IMG/VR virus record: IMGVR_UViG_3300023179_000105
Coordinates: 1,862-65,861 of that record
DNA length: 64,000 nucleotides
Direction: 5' to 3' (one strand)
Source of the DNA: a virus
Taxonomy: Duplodnaviria; Caudoviricetes
Part shown: in pieces, positions 54,606 to 63,755 of the stretch
Position numbering within the stretch: position 1 is the stretch's first letter
Layout of the letters: each line of letters opens with the position of its first letter
Program-made: the position numbers and the translations under genes
The notes under the pieces: generated by a model
The model's database searches: none
Told to the model about the DNA's origin: nothing
Seen by the model: the letters and a program-made list of their open reading frames with translations, nothing else

Positions 54606-55267
54606 TATATTTTCCTCATTAAAGGATAATTACTATCACATTTAATATTATTAACAAAAAAGACTTGCGTTAATCTTGGTTGTGATGAAGAATAATAACT
54701 ACTGGCGGCGTGATATTCTTCACCATCATAAGCAACTAATCTATTATAAATGTTATTAAATCTGGCCGTTTCTTCAAAATGTGAATTATGTTCTTTTAAT
54801 TTATCATCATAATTTGGAATTATATTTCCTTTAAAAAAATTATGTTTATATTTCAGATATGAGTCCTGATTGAAAAAAGAATTCTGTCGATAAATTGATG
54901 TTCCTGATTCTTTTTCTATATTAGGTGTTAAGTAAATTATGCCCGCTAATATATTAATTTTATCTTTATGTACCCACCCTATATTTTTTATTGAATTTTT
55001 GTCAGTAGAATAAGGATATATTTTTTGAAATGAACTATAAACATTCCAATCTAATCTACAATAATTCGTATCATAAAATATAGAAAATAATTTTTTACAG
55101 AATTGTTCCCATAAATTTCTATTTAATAAAGATAAGCATTTTGTTCTTTCTCCAGGCGCTTGACCATTTTCACACTTGGTATAATCTAAAGATAAGGCGA
55201 AATCTCTCACCTCATCTGGATTTTCATAAAAATTATCTATACATATGGTCGGAAACCTTTTTATCAT
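54605..55267 (-). CDS. 2OG-Fe(II) oxygenase-like protein (DUF6445-like)
   Basis: IDNFY.NPD.VR..AL; GWVH.D; AG.IYL.P....GTS; N..NRL..Y....H; RLTQVFF. Confidence 0.75.
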   Translation of the reverse strand: MIKRFPTICIDNFYENPDEVRDFALSLDYTKCENGQAPGERTKCLSLLNRNLWEQFCKKLFSIFYDTNYCRLDWNVYSSFQKIYPYSTDKNSIKNIGWVHKDKINILAGIIYLTPNIEKESGTSIYRQNSFFNQDSYLKYKHNFFKGNIIPNYDDKLKEHNSHFEETARFNNIYNRLVAYDGEEYHAASSYYSSSQPRLTQVFFVNNIKCDSNYPLMRKI

Positions 55268-55271
55268 TATA

Positions 55272-57164
55272 TCAGATTTCGCATCCGCCAGCGGTACAGG
55301 CTAATGTCTGCACACCTTCAACATTATCTTCTATCTCAACCAAACTATCCCAATCAAGTGATTTTGGAATTGATGGTAACATGGCATCATATAAATCCTT
55401 TGTAATCTCCTCGTAAGGCGCCTGACGATATGAACCACCATCGTGTGGTAAGAACGATACACCAGACATTTCATCAAAGTGATCATACACCCACGCACCA
55501 ACTTTCATCCATTCTTCTTCACGAACGTTGATTGTAACAGATGGCTTGTGTTCACACCATGCTTCCTGATACACAGCCCATAGTTCGAGATGTTTGATTG
55601 CATCAATATCGTCTCTTACAACTGCACCCTTTGGTGCTTTCATCGGAAAAGAGAATACGGTTGTGGACTCAGGCTTCATAACATCTGGCTCCCAAGGCAC
55701 ACCCTTATCCTTCATAAACTTTGTGAGAGGATCTTTGTTATCCGCACGAACACGACGTATATAGTATTGACTATGGCGAGGATGAATGCCAGAAGCAGAA
55801 TCACAAAGTTGTGAAACAGTACCAGAAGGCTTAACGCAAGTGATAGCAGCAGCGACATTAATGCCAAGAGTAGTGGCCAATTCATTATTCACCTTTACAG
55901 CATGATCACGAAGAGAAGCAAGACGTTCCTTGATACCTTTGTCATCGGGATTGTTAAACAACTTGGAGTCGTAGATGCCTGTAAGAGAAACACCAAGTAG
56001 TCTTTCTTCTTCGGCGTTCTTAACCCAAATCTTTCTTAGGTAGGGAAAATCCGTAAGAGTAGATTGAAAAGTACCAAGGATAGTAGCAACCTCAATCTTA
56101 TCCTTAATATTTTCCATTGTGTCATCGGCGCGGATAACGACCTCTGTAAGGTTGCAGAAACCATAAGGTCGTAATATAATTTCGCTACACGGATTTGTGC
56201 CAAATAGTTGATCAGGATTTCTTCTTCCATTTCGTTTTGCGATTGTTTGACATGCTTCACGACTGAATAATCCTCTCTCACCTGATTTACTTTCGTATAA
56301 TGAAATCCACTCGGCCATGAATGTGCCGATTTCCGGTTTCTCATTATACACGGCAGAGTTGTTTGATAATGCTCGTTGAGGGTTTGCTTCCCACCATGCA
56401 CCTGCCTTAGCATGACGCATACGATCATCTGATAAGTTGGATAGACTGATCATAGCAGAACGACGAACGCCACCAACTACAACTACTTCACCAATCTTAC
56501 ACATAATGTCATGGCACTCTAATGATGTAAGACGACGACCATGAGCATTACGAAACATCTTTACAACAAACTTAAATAGTTCCGAAAGTGGGCCAGGCCC
56601 AGATGAACGGCCACCAAATGTCTTCAAGGGAGCACCTGCTGGTCGAACCTTGGTCAGGTCCCACTTTGGAACTTCGCCCGTATAGAGAAGCGCAATAAGC
56701 ATACGGAGAGCCTTTGCCCATCCTTCCTTACTGTCTCTTACGACGATTACGGTTTCAGAGTCAAATAGTTTCTCTGGAATTTCTGGCAACTGATTAATAA
56801 ATTGACGTTCAACGGAGAAACCAACACCAGTACCACATAAAAGAATAAACATGGCCTCATCAAATGCTTTGGGATCATCAATAGGCAAGAATGAACAGTT
56901 ATAACCACATGTGTTATCACGTTCTAATGCTTTGCCGGATGTCATCAAGGCACGCATAGATGGCATAACTTTAAGATCAATAATTGCTTTCTTTACCTTC
57001 TCACGAACAGGACCCATATCATAGTTATAATTACTGGTGAGATGATTATGCATAAAGGTAAGATATCGTTCAACTGTTTCCTCCCAATTTTCTCTTCGGT
57101 TCAATTCAGGTAGATATCTTGAGTATCTTGACTTGTAAATAAATTCTTGATATAGACTGTCCAT
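55272..57164 (-). CDS. nrdJ: Class II (AdoCbl-dependent) ribonucleotide reductase
   Basis: PSMRAL; YNCS; GTGVGF; GGVRRSA; TNPCSEI; FCNLTE; VKPSGTVS; C-term CTAGGCEI; no beta subunit adjacent. Confidence 0.9.
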   Translation of the reverse strand: MDSLYQEFIYKSRYSRYLPELNRRENWEETVERYLTFMHNHLTSNYNYDMGPVREKVKKAIIDLKVMPSMRALMTSGKALERDNTCGYNCSFLPIDDPKAFDEAMFILLCGTGVGFSVERQFINQLPEIPEKLFDSETVIVVRDSKEGWAKALRMLIALLYTGEVPKWDLTKVRPAGAPLKTFGGRSSGPGPLSELFKFVVKMFRNAHGRRLTSLECHDIMCKIGEVVVVGGVRRSAMISLSNLSDDRMRHAKAGAWWEANPQRALSNNSAVYNEKPEIGTFMAEWISLYESKSGERGLFSREACQTIAKRNGRRNPDQLFGTNPCSEIILRPYGFCNLTEVVIRADDTMENIKDKIEVATILGTFQSTLTDFPYLRKIWVKNAEEERLLGVSLTGIYDSKLFNNPDDKGIKERLASLRDHAVKVNNELATTLGINVAAAITCVKPSGTVSQLCDSASGIHPRHSQYYIRRVRADNKDPLTKFMKDKGVPWEPDVMKPESTTVFSFPMKAPKGAVVRDDIDAIKHLELWAVYQEAWCEHKPSVTINVREEEWMKVGAWVYDHFDEMSGVSFLPHDGGSYRQAPYEEITKDLYDAMLPSIPKSLDWDSLVEIEDNVEGVQTLACTAGGCEI

Positions 57165-57197
57165 TCTTATTCCTCTACGATACGGTTAAATTTGTTA

Positions 57198-57926
57198 TTA
57201 CCAAAATGGCCACCATGGTTTATCTTTAGCATCAGGCACATCCTCAGAAAACCAATATTCTCTTAGTGATGGGAAATGTTGTAGTATTTCTTTGCGGGCA
57301 CCAATAGCAATTTCTCTATGTTCTTTCTGTGTGCCTTCTGTAGCACGAACATCGATGTAATGAATCCAAGAACGAAGCGTTCCGGACATATATAGACGGG
57401 TTGTGGTCAGACCTTCTGGTAGAACCACTCTTGCCTGTTCTTTAGCAACACCATTTTCAATAGCCCACTTATAAGCAAGTCCTGCTTCGTGTGATTGTTG
57501 TAGTTGCTTGGCCTTCCATTGCTTACACAATAGTTCATCAGACGTTTCAATAGAGTTTTGTCTATTCTTTTTATCCTGTAATCGTGCTTCTCTCTCAACA
57601 AATCCTAAATCTTTTGTTGGGTCAGCATAACGTTGACTAAACTCCTGAAATGAAAACGACCGATGCCTAATAATCTGATGTGAAATGTCTCTTGTCGTTT
57701 CAATATCCATAGTGATAGAAACCATTTCAAATGGCGACCAGTGTTTATTCTTAATTAGATACTTGAGGAGTTTAGGTGCTGTTAGTGTATTGTTTTGATT
57801 TGATGGATTAGAAACTCTGGCAGTATAAGCAATAAACTCTTCCGCGGTCATTTGCTGACCTGCTTTTGTATATGGAGAGTCCAACCTTATTGTTGGTTGT
57901 GTGATTGCGATTATACTTACAGCCAT
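57198..57926 (-). CDS. thyX: Flavin-dependent thymidylate synthase
   Basis: H.SPFE; RHRSFSFQEFSQRY; A.E.AR..LP; Q.EHR. Confidence 0.95.
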   Translation of the reverse strand: MAVSIIAITQPTIRLDSPYTKAGQQMTAEEFIAYTARVSNPSNQNNTLTAPKLLKYLIKNKHWSPFEMVSITMDIETTRDISHQIIRHRSFSFQEFSQRYADPTKDLGFVEREARLQDKKNRQNSIETSDELLCKQWKAKQLQQSHEAGLAYKWAIENGVAKEQARVVLPEGLTTTRLYMSGTLRSWIHYIDVRATEGTQKEHREIAIGARKEILQHFPSLREYWFSEDVPDAKDKPWWPFW

Positions 57927-58129
57927 TTTTTAGTTCCTAAAGATTGACCTATTTCTTCAATTGTTTCTTTCACATGAAACTTTTCACCTGAAACAACAGC
58001 AATCTCTGTGTATTTACCTGACGAATAATTCCAAGGACGAATTGATACAATATGGTCTGGGTTTATATAAACTTCTTTGCCTGATGTCGTAGCATCATGA
58101 ACGTTTAATGACAATTTCAATATTTTCAT
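57917..58129 (-). CDS. FlbD/SwrD-like small protein
   Basis: YINPDHI.SI...T.I...SG....V.ET.EEI; start revised. Confidence 0.6.
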   Translation of the reverse strand: MKILKLSLNVHDATTSGKEVYINPDHIVSIRPWNYSSGKYTEIAVVSGEKFHVKETIEEIGQSLGTKKWL

Positions 58130-58130
58130 A

Positions 58131-58340
58131 TTATTTTCCTTCATTAATAATTTTAATGACCTCGGACAAACCTTCTTCAACATTCCATTTTTGCGGCGGG
58201 CCAAACCCACCAATAATTACCGTTGCTAATGAACCACCGTTTGTAGGTTCTTCAAAAACAGAAACGATACATTCTGAATTAATGTAAAGAGGATTACCTT
58301 TATATCTATCACTAATGTTAGTGAATTTTAACATTTTCAT
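58131..58340 (-). CDS. FlbD/SwrD-like small protein (paralog)
   Basis: G.PLYIN.E.I.SV.E.P...TVI...V.E...EV..II. Confidence 0.55.
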   Translation of the reverse strand: MKMLKFTNISDRYKGNPLYINSECIVSVFEEPTNGGSLATVIIGGFGPPQKWNVEEGLSEVIKIINEGK

Positions 58341-59335
58341 ATTTTTGCCCACTGGTTCAGGTTCATCGTAGCATGAAGGCCGTTATGTGTATGTATATCT
58401 ATAATGTGCTGGATAATAGAAGCGGACATACCTGAAAGTATCATTTCATTTATATCTTTTTGCTTGATAGTATCAGGCCAAATACAAACATCATATCCTC
58501 TTTCAATTGCTTTCCTCATATTAGAAACAATCTGTTTATTCCTCGGTTCATTATCATATACGAAAGTATATTGATAGTCAAGACCTATAATTCGTGAAGC
58601 AACCATAAGGTTAGCATCCATAGTAGCAACAGCATTTTGAATAAAGAGGGAGTCAATAGGTCCTTCAACCACATATATCCTTTTCTTCAAGTCAACTTTA
58701 TTCCATCCGAAAAGTTTTATACAGTCTTCGGAAATTTTTATTGTTATGTATTTGATTTTGGAAGGACCGATAGCACGGCCTTGAACACCTTGTAGAATAC
58801 CATCCTTATCATAAAATGGAATAACGATCCGGTCTTCCTTATATAGCTCCTTGGTATTCTCTGGAATCAACTCCTGAATAAATTCTTTGAAGTCCGAGGC
58901 ATAAAAAAATCCCTCTAATGGCACTTGTCTATGCTTGAGATATAACTTTGCTGGATGGTCTTCGGAGAGCACCTGGACGGGTGGAAGGTTAATCGTCTTT
59001 GGTATATTGAAAGTGGGTTTACTCACAAAATCCGCTACATTTACGTTATTTGATGTATTAGACCGCTCAAACTTTTCCAACAAATATTCTTTATAAAGGT
59101 GTGGGTCTTCCTGTTTCATAAAGTTCACAAAGGAAGTGGAAGCACCACAGTTATGACACATAAAGAAAAAGGCATCTTTCCGTTTGTAGATATATCCACG
59201 GGCCTTAATTTTATTTTTGGTGGAATCTCCACATACAGGACAACGGAAGTTCCATAAAAATTCCCCCCTTGCTTTAAACTGCTGGAGTTTTGGGGCAAGG
59301 AGGGAGACGTATTTTTTATCAATATATAAGGACAT
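58337..59335 (-). CDS. gp61: DNA primase
   Basis: RCP.CGDS; CHNCG; RIVIPF; QGR; V.EGPIDS.F; DNEPRN; KDIN.M. Confidence 0.95.
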   Translation of the reverse strand: MSLYIDKKYVSLLAPKLQQFKARGEFLWNFRCPVCGDSTKNKIKARGYIYKRKDAFFFMCHNCGASTSFVNFMKQEDPHLYKEYLLEKFERSNTSNNVNVADFVSKPTFNIPKTINLPPVQVLSEDHPAKLYLKHRQVPLEGFFYASDFKEFIQELIPENTKELYKEDRIVIPFYDKDGILQGVQGRAIGPSKIKYITIKISEDCIKLFGWNKVDLKKRIYVVEGPIDSLFIQNAVATMDANLMVASRIIGLDYQYTFVYDNEPRNKQIVSNMRKAIERGYDVCIWPDTIKQKDINEMILSGMSASIIQHIIDIHTHNGLHATMNLNQWAKI

Positions 59336-59362
59336 ATTCCACCGTATTCATAATGAACTTGT

Positions 59363-59391
59363 ATTCTATATCATAGTCAACTCTATGTCAA
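59363..59391 (-). promoter_or_regulatory. Sigma70-type promoter TTGACA-N17-TAGAAT for the primase operon
   Basis: -35 at 59386-91, -10 at 59363-68. Confidence 0.75.
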
Positions 59392-59392
59392 C

Positions 59393-59740
59393 TTATTTTT
59401 TTAAGTATGGTCTCATTTGTTGTAAGACTTCCTTCAAACTATCAATCTCTTTACGGAGGTCTTGTCTATCACCATCAACCACAGGAATACGTGATTCAAG
59501 TTTTGTTTTTATTGAATCCATGGTTTCTTCTATATGGTCTACCTTTTGCTCAAGGTAAACTACTCTTTGCTGTAGTTCCATATCTTTGACCTTAAAGTCG
59601 CCTACAGTTATAAAGTAGGCGGCAATAAGGCCTCCCACACCAATAATGGCGGAGATTAAATGTGGAACTTTGTTTATAGCAAATCCACCAACTTCATTAT
59701 CAAAGTCGTTGGTGTTTCTGTTAGTCATTACTGCTATCAA
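59393..59740 (-). CDS. Single-TM coiled-coil protein in the lysis cassette
   Basis: TM LISAIIGVGGLIAAYFI followed by coiled coil; start uncertain. Confidence 0.55.
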   Translation of the reverse strand: MIAVMTNRNTNDFDNEVGGFAINKVPHLISAIIGVGGLIAAYFITVGDFKVKDMELQQRVVYLEQKVDHIEETMDSIKTKLESRIPVVDGDRQDLRKEIDSLKEVLQQMRPYLKK

Positions 59741-59745
59741 CCTTT

Positions 59746-60138
59746 CTATCCTCCCCGTCTTTTTGAAGGGTGCTTGGGAGGGTCTAACCCTTCATTTATT
59801 TCATCGTCTACACCTTGTATAGACGGTGAAATGGCGTCTTGCGTTTCAGCCTGAGCGAACAATCTCGTTCTCAGTATATTCTCTTGCCCTCTGGTCCAGG
59901 CAGAAATGCCTATTACAACACCCATAGCCATGTGATAGAAACCAGAATCCTTCAAAGTCATAGGATCCCACTTAAACTCATTACCGGTTTCTTTGGCATA
60001 ATGAAAAGCAATCAAAGGGAAGATTATAAAATCACAGACACATACCGCGAAATACTGCCAAGCCATCATCGGCCGCCAGTATTTTGTTATCCAAGGTTCA
60101 TCTTCAAGGACGACCTTGGGTAATGGGAATTTCTTAGC
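59746..60138 (-). CDS. Holin (GTA 3TM-holin-like)
   Basis: WRP.MAW.Y...C..DF..FP; W.P.TL...G..H.AMG...G..AW.RGQE; next to the endolysin. Confidence 0.75.
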   Translation of the reverse strand, partial: AKKFPLPKVVLEDEPWITKYWRPMMAWQYFAVCVCDFIIFPLIAFHYAKETGNEFKWDPMTLKDSGFYHMAMGVVIGISAWTRGQENILRTRLFAQAETQDAISPSIQGVDDEINEGLDPPKHPSKRRGG

Positions 60139-60808
60139 CATTATTTTCCTCTGGTTCAAATGGCAACCCTTGGGCAATTACTGGCAAAGGTTCGACCGGT
60201 TCAACTGGTCTTGAAGGTAGATCCTGTTTAGGTTCTTCCTGTTTTGGTTTAGGTGGCAAATCCTTAACCTGTTCTGCCTTATCTAATGCTCTCTTTGCCC
60301 TTTGGACTTTTGCTAAACGGTCTTCAAGACCATTATAACCGCCATTAACTTTTCTTGTTATCTGTTTACCGTTATCAGCATCGGCCAGTTCATTTAATCC
60401 TCTGTCCTGCCAATACTGTGCGGCGGTCAAAACTGAAACCTCTGGTGTTGCTGCCAACTCTGGGTTATTTTCTAAATCGTATCCCAGTTTCTTACCATAT
60501 GTGCGATAGTTGGCACGGCCTGTAATCTGTAATACACCTCGGCCTTTATATCTACGACCATCACCTTTTCTAACATTACCTAAATCTTTTCTACCTTCGT
60601 ATGCTGCGCCAGATGCGTATTCTTCGGTAGTTCTAAAATGGTCGCTTTCGTGTGCGATCTGTGCTAAAAAATGTGCTATTCTTAACTTTGTATTAATTTT
60701 ATACTTTTCAAGTGCCGCAGGTAAATACTTCACTAATCCATCAACAACCTTTTTATTTACAGAAGCACCAGCAACGTCTTTCAATAACTCTGGTGTTATT
60801 CTATACAT
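60134..60808 (-). CDS. Endolysin, glycoside hydrolase family 19
   Basis: AHFLAQ..HES; YEGR.DLGN...GDG.RYKGRG..QITGR.NY; IT..VNGG.NGL.DR. Confidence 0.92.
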   Translation of the reverse strand: MYRITPELLKDVAGASVNKKVVDGLVKYLPAALEKYKINTKLRIAHFLAQIAHESDHFRTTEEYASGAAYEGRKDLGNVRKGDGRRYKGRGVLQITGRANYRTYGKKLGYDLENNPELAATPEVSVLTAAQYWQDRGLNELADADNGKQITRKVNGGYNGLEDRLAKVQRAKRALDKAEQVKDLPPKPKQEEPKQDLPSRPVEPVEPLPVIAQGLPFEPEENNG

Positions 60809-60811
60809 GGT

Positions 60812-61168
60812 TTATCCTTTATATCTAACGTACCTCATTTCGCCAGTTTTCTCATTCTGGACTATGATAGGTCCTTTATTCTTATTAGCATATTCTCTAA
60901 TTTCGGAGAAACAATCATCCTCTTCAAGGTATGTTCTCCAGTGCTTATTCTTTCTTTTCTGCATAGTCAGACTATGAAATATAGCAGAGGACACCTCAAA
61001 CACGGCAGCCTCAGCAAAGTTTGGTTTTCTACGGCGAAGCATAGGCATCATCTGTGATGGTCTGCCTGGTTCACCCCAATTGGCAGGTTTACCGGCCTTA
61101 CTAACACCGGCACCGGCGACATCACCGCCACCTATATTAACTGTTGGAGCACCATCTTCTTTAATCAT
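60812..61168 (-). CDS. Conserved T4-like hypothetical protein
   Basis: EDGAP.....GG.VAG; II.QN..TG.M...RY. Confidence 0.65.
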   Translation of the reverse strand: MIKEDGAPTVNIGGGDVAGAGVSKAGKPANWGEPGRPSQMMPMLRRRKPNFAEAAVFEVSSAIFHSLTMQKRKNKHWRTYLEEDDCFSEIREYANKNKGPIIVQNEKTGEMRYVRYKG

Positions 61169-61556
61169 CGAAATTCCTTAATCTGTTTGCTATAACCATG
61201 TCTACTGGTATTTCTTCTTGTCTTACATGGTATTTATTAAACGAGACGGTTAACCGATTGGGCATATATTTAAGAAATATAAGAATTGTTTTGAGTAGTG
61301 GATAGTCGTCTTGGTCGACCTTGAAGAATAGCATATTGACGGTGGGTTCGACACCAAAGACATTTGAGAGAATGATAACGTGGTTTAAAACCAGTCTCTC
61401 TTTGAACTCACCTGTTTGTCTATATTTTCTCAATAACCTTTTAACATACTTTATACGTTTGAGATCGTCCTCAAACTCTGATTGGAGTATATGAGGACGA
61501 TCATAACATTTTGCAGCATATATCAAAAAATTACCATCATTTAAATCATTTATCAT
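61161..61556 (-). CDS. Conserved T4-like hypothetical protein
   Basis: NF..YA.K.YD.P; EF..DL.R.KY.KRL; ERL.LNH.I.L.NVFG. Confidence 0.75.
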   Translation of the reverse strand: MINDLNDGNFLIYAAKCYDRPHILQSEFEDDLKRIKYVKRLLRKYRQTGEFKERLVLNHVIILSNVFGVEPTVNMLFFKVDQDDYPLLKTILIFLKYMPNRLTVSFNKYHVRQEEIPVDMVIANRLRNFDD

Positions 61557-61562
61557 TACATT

Positions 61563-62843
61563 TTATTCAGATGCCAAGTTGTGCTTTGTTGGATCGTATT
61601 TATCTCTTGGGATACGATGGACTCCACCGCCGCCGGCAGCCTTTGGATCACCTTTGTTTGTCACGAGGACAGTATTGGTTCTTTCTTTGCCAACACCAAG
61701 GCCTTGTTTAACCTGTGTAGAAACCTTCTTCTTCATTTTCTTCATGGCATATGATTTCTTTACAGAACCCATGACCTCATCAAGGTTATCTTCCTCTAAC
61801 TTATCCCAATGCTTTTTGATATACTTCGGGCTACCAGTTTTCACACTTTTACGGCCGTCACGGTCTGTTGTAATTGTATGATACTCGGTTTTATGACCAG
61901 GATTGCGTCTATGTAAGGTATGAGTTTCGCCCGGTCTTTTCTTTACACCGGCCTCTACCTTTTCATATTCTTCTTTAGCTTGAACACGGGCACTACCTGT
62001 CATTTTATTTACGGCACGTTCTATGCCTTGTTCTCTCTTTTCACCAGTTTTATTGGATTTATGGAGAGATTCTTTGTCCTTGCGAGAATATGCTTGTTCA
62101 CCTTCGGCCGCTGCACCAAGTCCACTAACATGAGCTTTCTTGATATAACGTCCGAGAAGTCTTTTTGATACCTCATCAATCTGTTCTTCATCCAATTCAC
62201 CAGAAGATAATTTCTTATCAGTCTTACGCATCATTACAGACACGGCAGACTTTGTGCTTGGTGAATCGCCTTGGGTACAATCACAATCACCTAATGCGGT
62301 GTGCATATCTTCTTTTGGTGCCATAGCCTTAGCAAGTGCCTGACGGTCTTCCGCAGCCTCTGATAGTGATACCTCAGCCATGTCAATAAGACGGTCAAGT
62401 TCTACTCTATCAACAACCTTTGCGGCAACCTTAAACATACCACCAGTTGATGAAATAAAGTTTGCTGTTGCGGCATATGGAACAACAGTTGGGTGCGCTC
62501 TCCAGTATTGGATGAAAAGATAAAACTTACCAGGAACTTCTTTAACGAATTCACCCTGGTCGGTCATACCCATTCTATCACCAAACTGGCGTAGTTCGAT
62601 TGCTTCAATACCCTTCTCACCATCGAGATATACTCTCTTTGGAAGAATGATGCTGAAATATGATAGAACCTTACTGGCACGCATCAAAGCATTATATGGT
62701 GTGACGGATGGATCTGCCAATACGCTGGCAAGGGAAGAGTTGATCTGTGCCCTTACCACTTCTCTTTCTAAGTCGATACTGCCGTCCTTAACAACGGCAG
62801 TAGGTACGACATCTTCTTTTAGGTAATCACGGAATGATTTCAT
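61563..62843 (-). CDS. Putative internal head/prohead core protein
   Basis: MKSFRDYLKE N-terminus; repeated (L/I)xE sites; IDEVS...L..Y.KKA motif. Confidence 0.55.
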   Translation of the reverse strand: MKSFRDYLKEDVVPTAVVKDGSIDLEREVVRAQINSSLASVLADPSVTPYNALMRASKVLSYFSIILPKRVYLDGEKGIEAIELRQFGDRMGMTDQGEFVKEVPGKFYLFIQYWRAHPTVVPYAATANFISSTGGMFKVAAKVVDRVELDRLIDMAEVSLSEAAEDRQALAKAMAPKEDMHTALGDCDCTQGDSPSTKSAVSVMMRKTDKKLSSGELDEEQIDEVSKRLLGRYIKKAHVSGLGAAAEGEQAYSRKDKESLHKSNKTGEKREQGIERAVNKMTGSARVQAKEEYEKVEAGVKKRPGETHTLHRRNPGHKTEYHTITTDRDGRKSVKTGSPKYIKKHWDKLEEDNLDEVMGSVKKSYAMKKMKKKVSTQVKQGLGVGKERTNTVLVTNKGDPKAAGGGGVHRIPRDKYDPTKHNLASE

Positions 62844-62854
62844 CTATATTATCC

Positions 62855-63490
62855 TTAGACTACGTATAGGATTGTTGCGCTGCTTGTTGCCACTGAGTTA
62901 GCACCAGCCGCTGTGACAAGAACGCGGAATACGTTGCCATTTGCTGTCTTGTTGTTGGCAGTAAATGTTGGTGAAGTATTGTTGAAATACTGACCAGCTG
63001 TGTTCGCAACGTTGGCCCATGAAGAACCGTTGTATTTCTGCCAGTAATACTTTAGTGAAGCACCAGATGGTGTTGATGTAGCAGCAGTTGTAAATGTAAT
63101 GTTCTGAGCAACGTTGAATGTATTGCTTGATGGTTGTGTTGTGATTGAGATGTAATAGTCTGGGAACTGGTTATCATCTGAACCATCGGTTGAAATAGAA
63201 CCTGTAGCAACAAGTGTTTCATATGTAATACGACCAGCACGGAGACCTGTGCCTTCTTTACGAAGAACCCAACCTGAGTGTGTAGGGTGGGCGCGACCGT
63301 TTGCCTGTGCCGCAATCATTTCGTTTGTATCAACACCAAACTGACCAATTATCTGGTTGGTGAAGAAAGCATTTGCTGTTACATTCTCAAATAATGATGT
63401 TTGGTTGGCAGAGGTCATCTTTTTGTTGACCTGCATTAGAGCAGCAATATCGGAATTTGCTGCGTTGTCTTTATTACCCCATAATGGCAT
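62855..63490 (-). CDS. Virion structural protein with C-terminal Ig-like domain
   Basis: MPLWG..D; H.GWV....G...R.GR...ETLVA; I..QP...Y.WQ...W...FRV.V. Confidence 0.7.
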   Translation of the reverse strand: MPLWGNKDNAANSDIAALMQVNKKMTSANQTSLFENVTANAFFTNQIIGQFGVDTNEMIAAQANGRAHPTHSGWVLRKEGTGLRAGRITYETLVATGSISTDGSDDNQFPDYYISITTQPSSNTFNVAQNITFTTAATSTPSGASLKYYWQKYNGSSWANVANTAGQYFNNTSPTFTANNKTANGNVFRVLVTAAGANSVATSSATILYVV

Positions 63491-63518
63491 TTTAGTGTTC
63501 CTTCTCTATGATAGGTTT

Positions 63519-63526
63519 TATTTAGG
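63519..63526 (-). promoter_or_regulatory. Late promoter variant CCTAAATA
   Basis: 28 bp upstream of the 63490 start. Confidence 0.5.
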
Positions 63527-63755
63527 TATAGTTTTGTGCTTGTGAACCCCGAGATTCAGGGTTTATTTCAACTGTATCTGCTGGTTGGCCTGTGGCAGTT
63601 TTGCCTGGGTTTAGCATCTTTTTATCGGTCGCTTTCTGCAAGGCAACCTGAGTTGCTTCCTGTGCCAACTTTTTAGATGTGCCATAACGATGTTCAAGGG
63701 CGCCGAGTTTACCGGCACCCTGAGACTTTGCTCCTTTTTGTGGAGGTATATTCAT
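63522..63755 (-). CDS. Hypothetical protein
   Basis: TAATG-coupled to the upstream gene; GKT.TGQ..D.VEINP. Confidence 0.55.
   Translation of the reverse strand: MNIPPQKGAKSQGAGKLGALEHRYGTSKKLAQEATQVALQKATDKKMLNPGKTATGQPADTVEINPESRGSQAQNYT

Noticed and set aside
55272-59335. Inteins or introns in nrdJ, thyX or primase
   Set aside because: Lengths are typical and no intein splice motifs or frame breaks were seen
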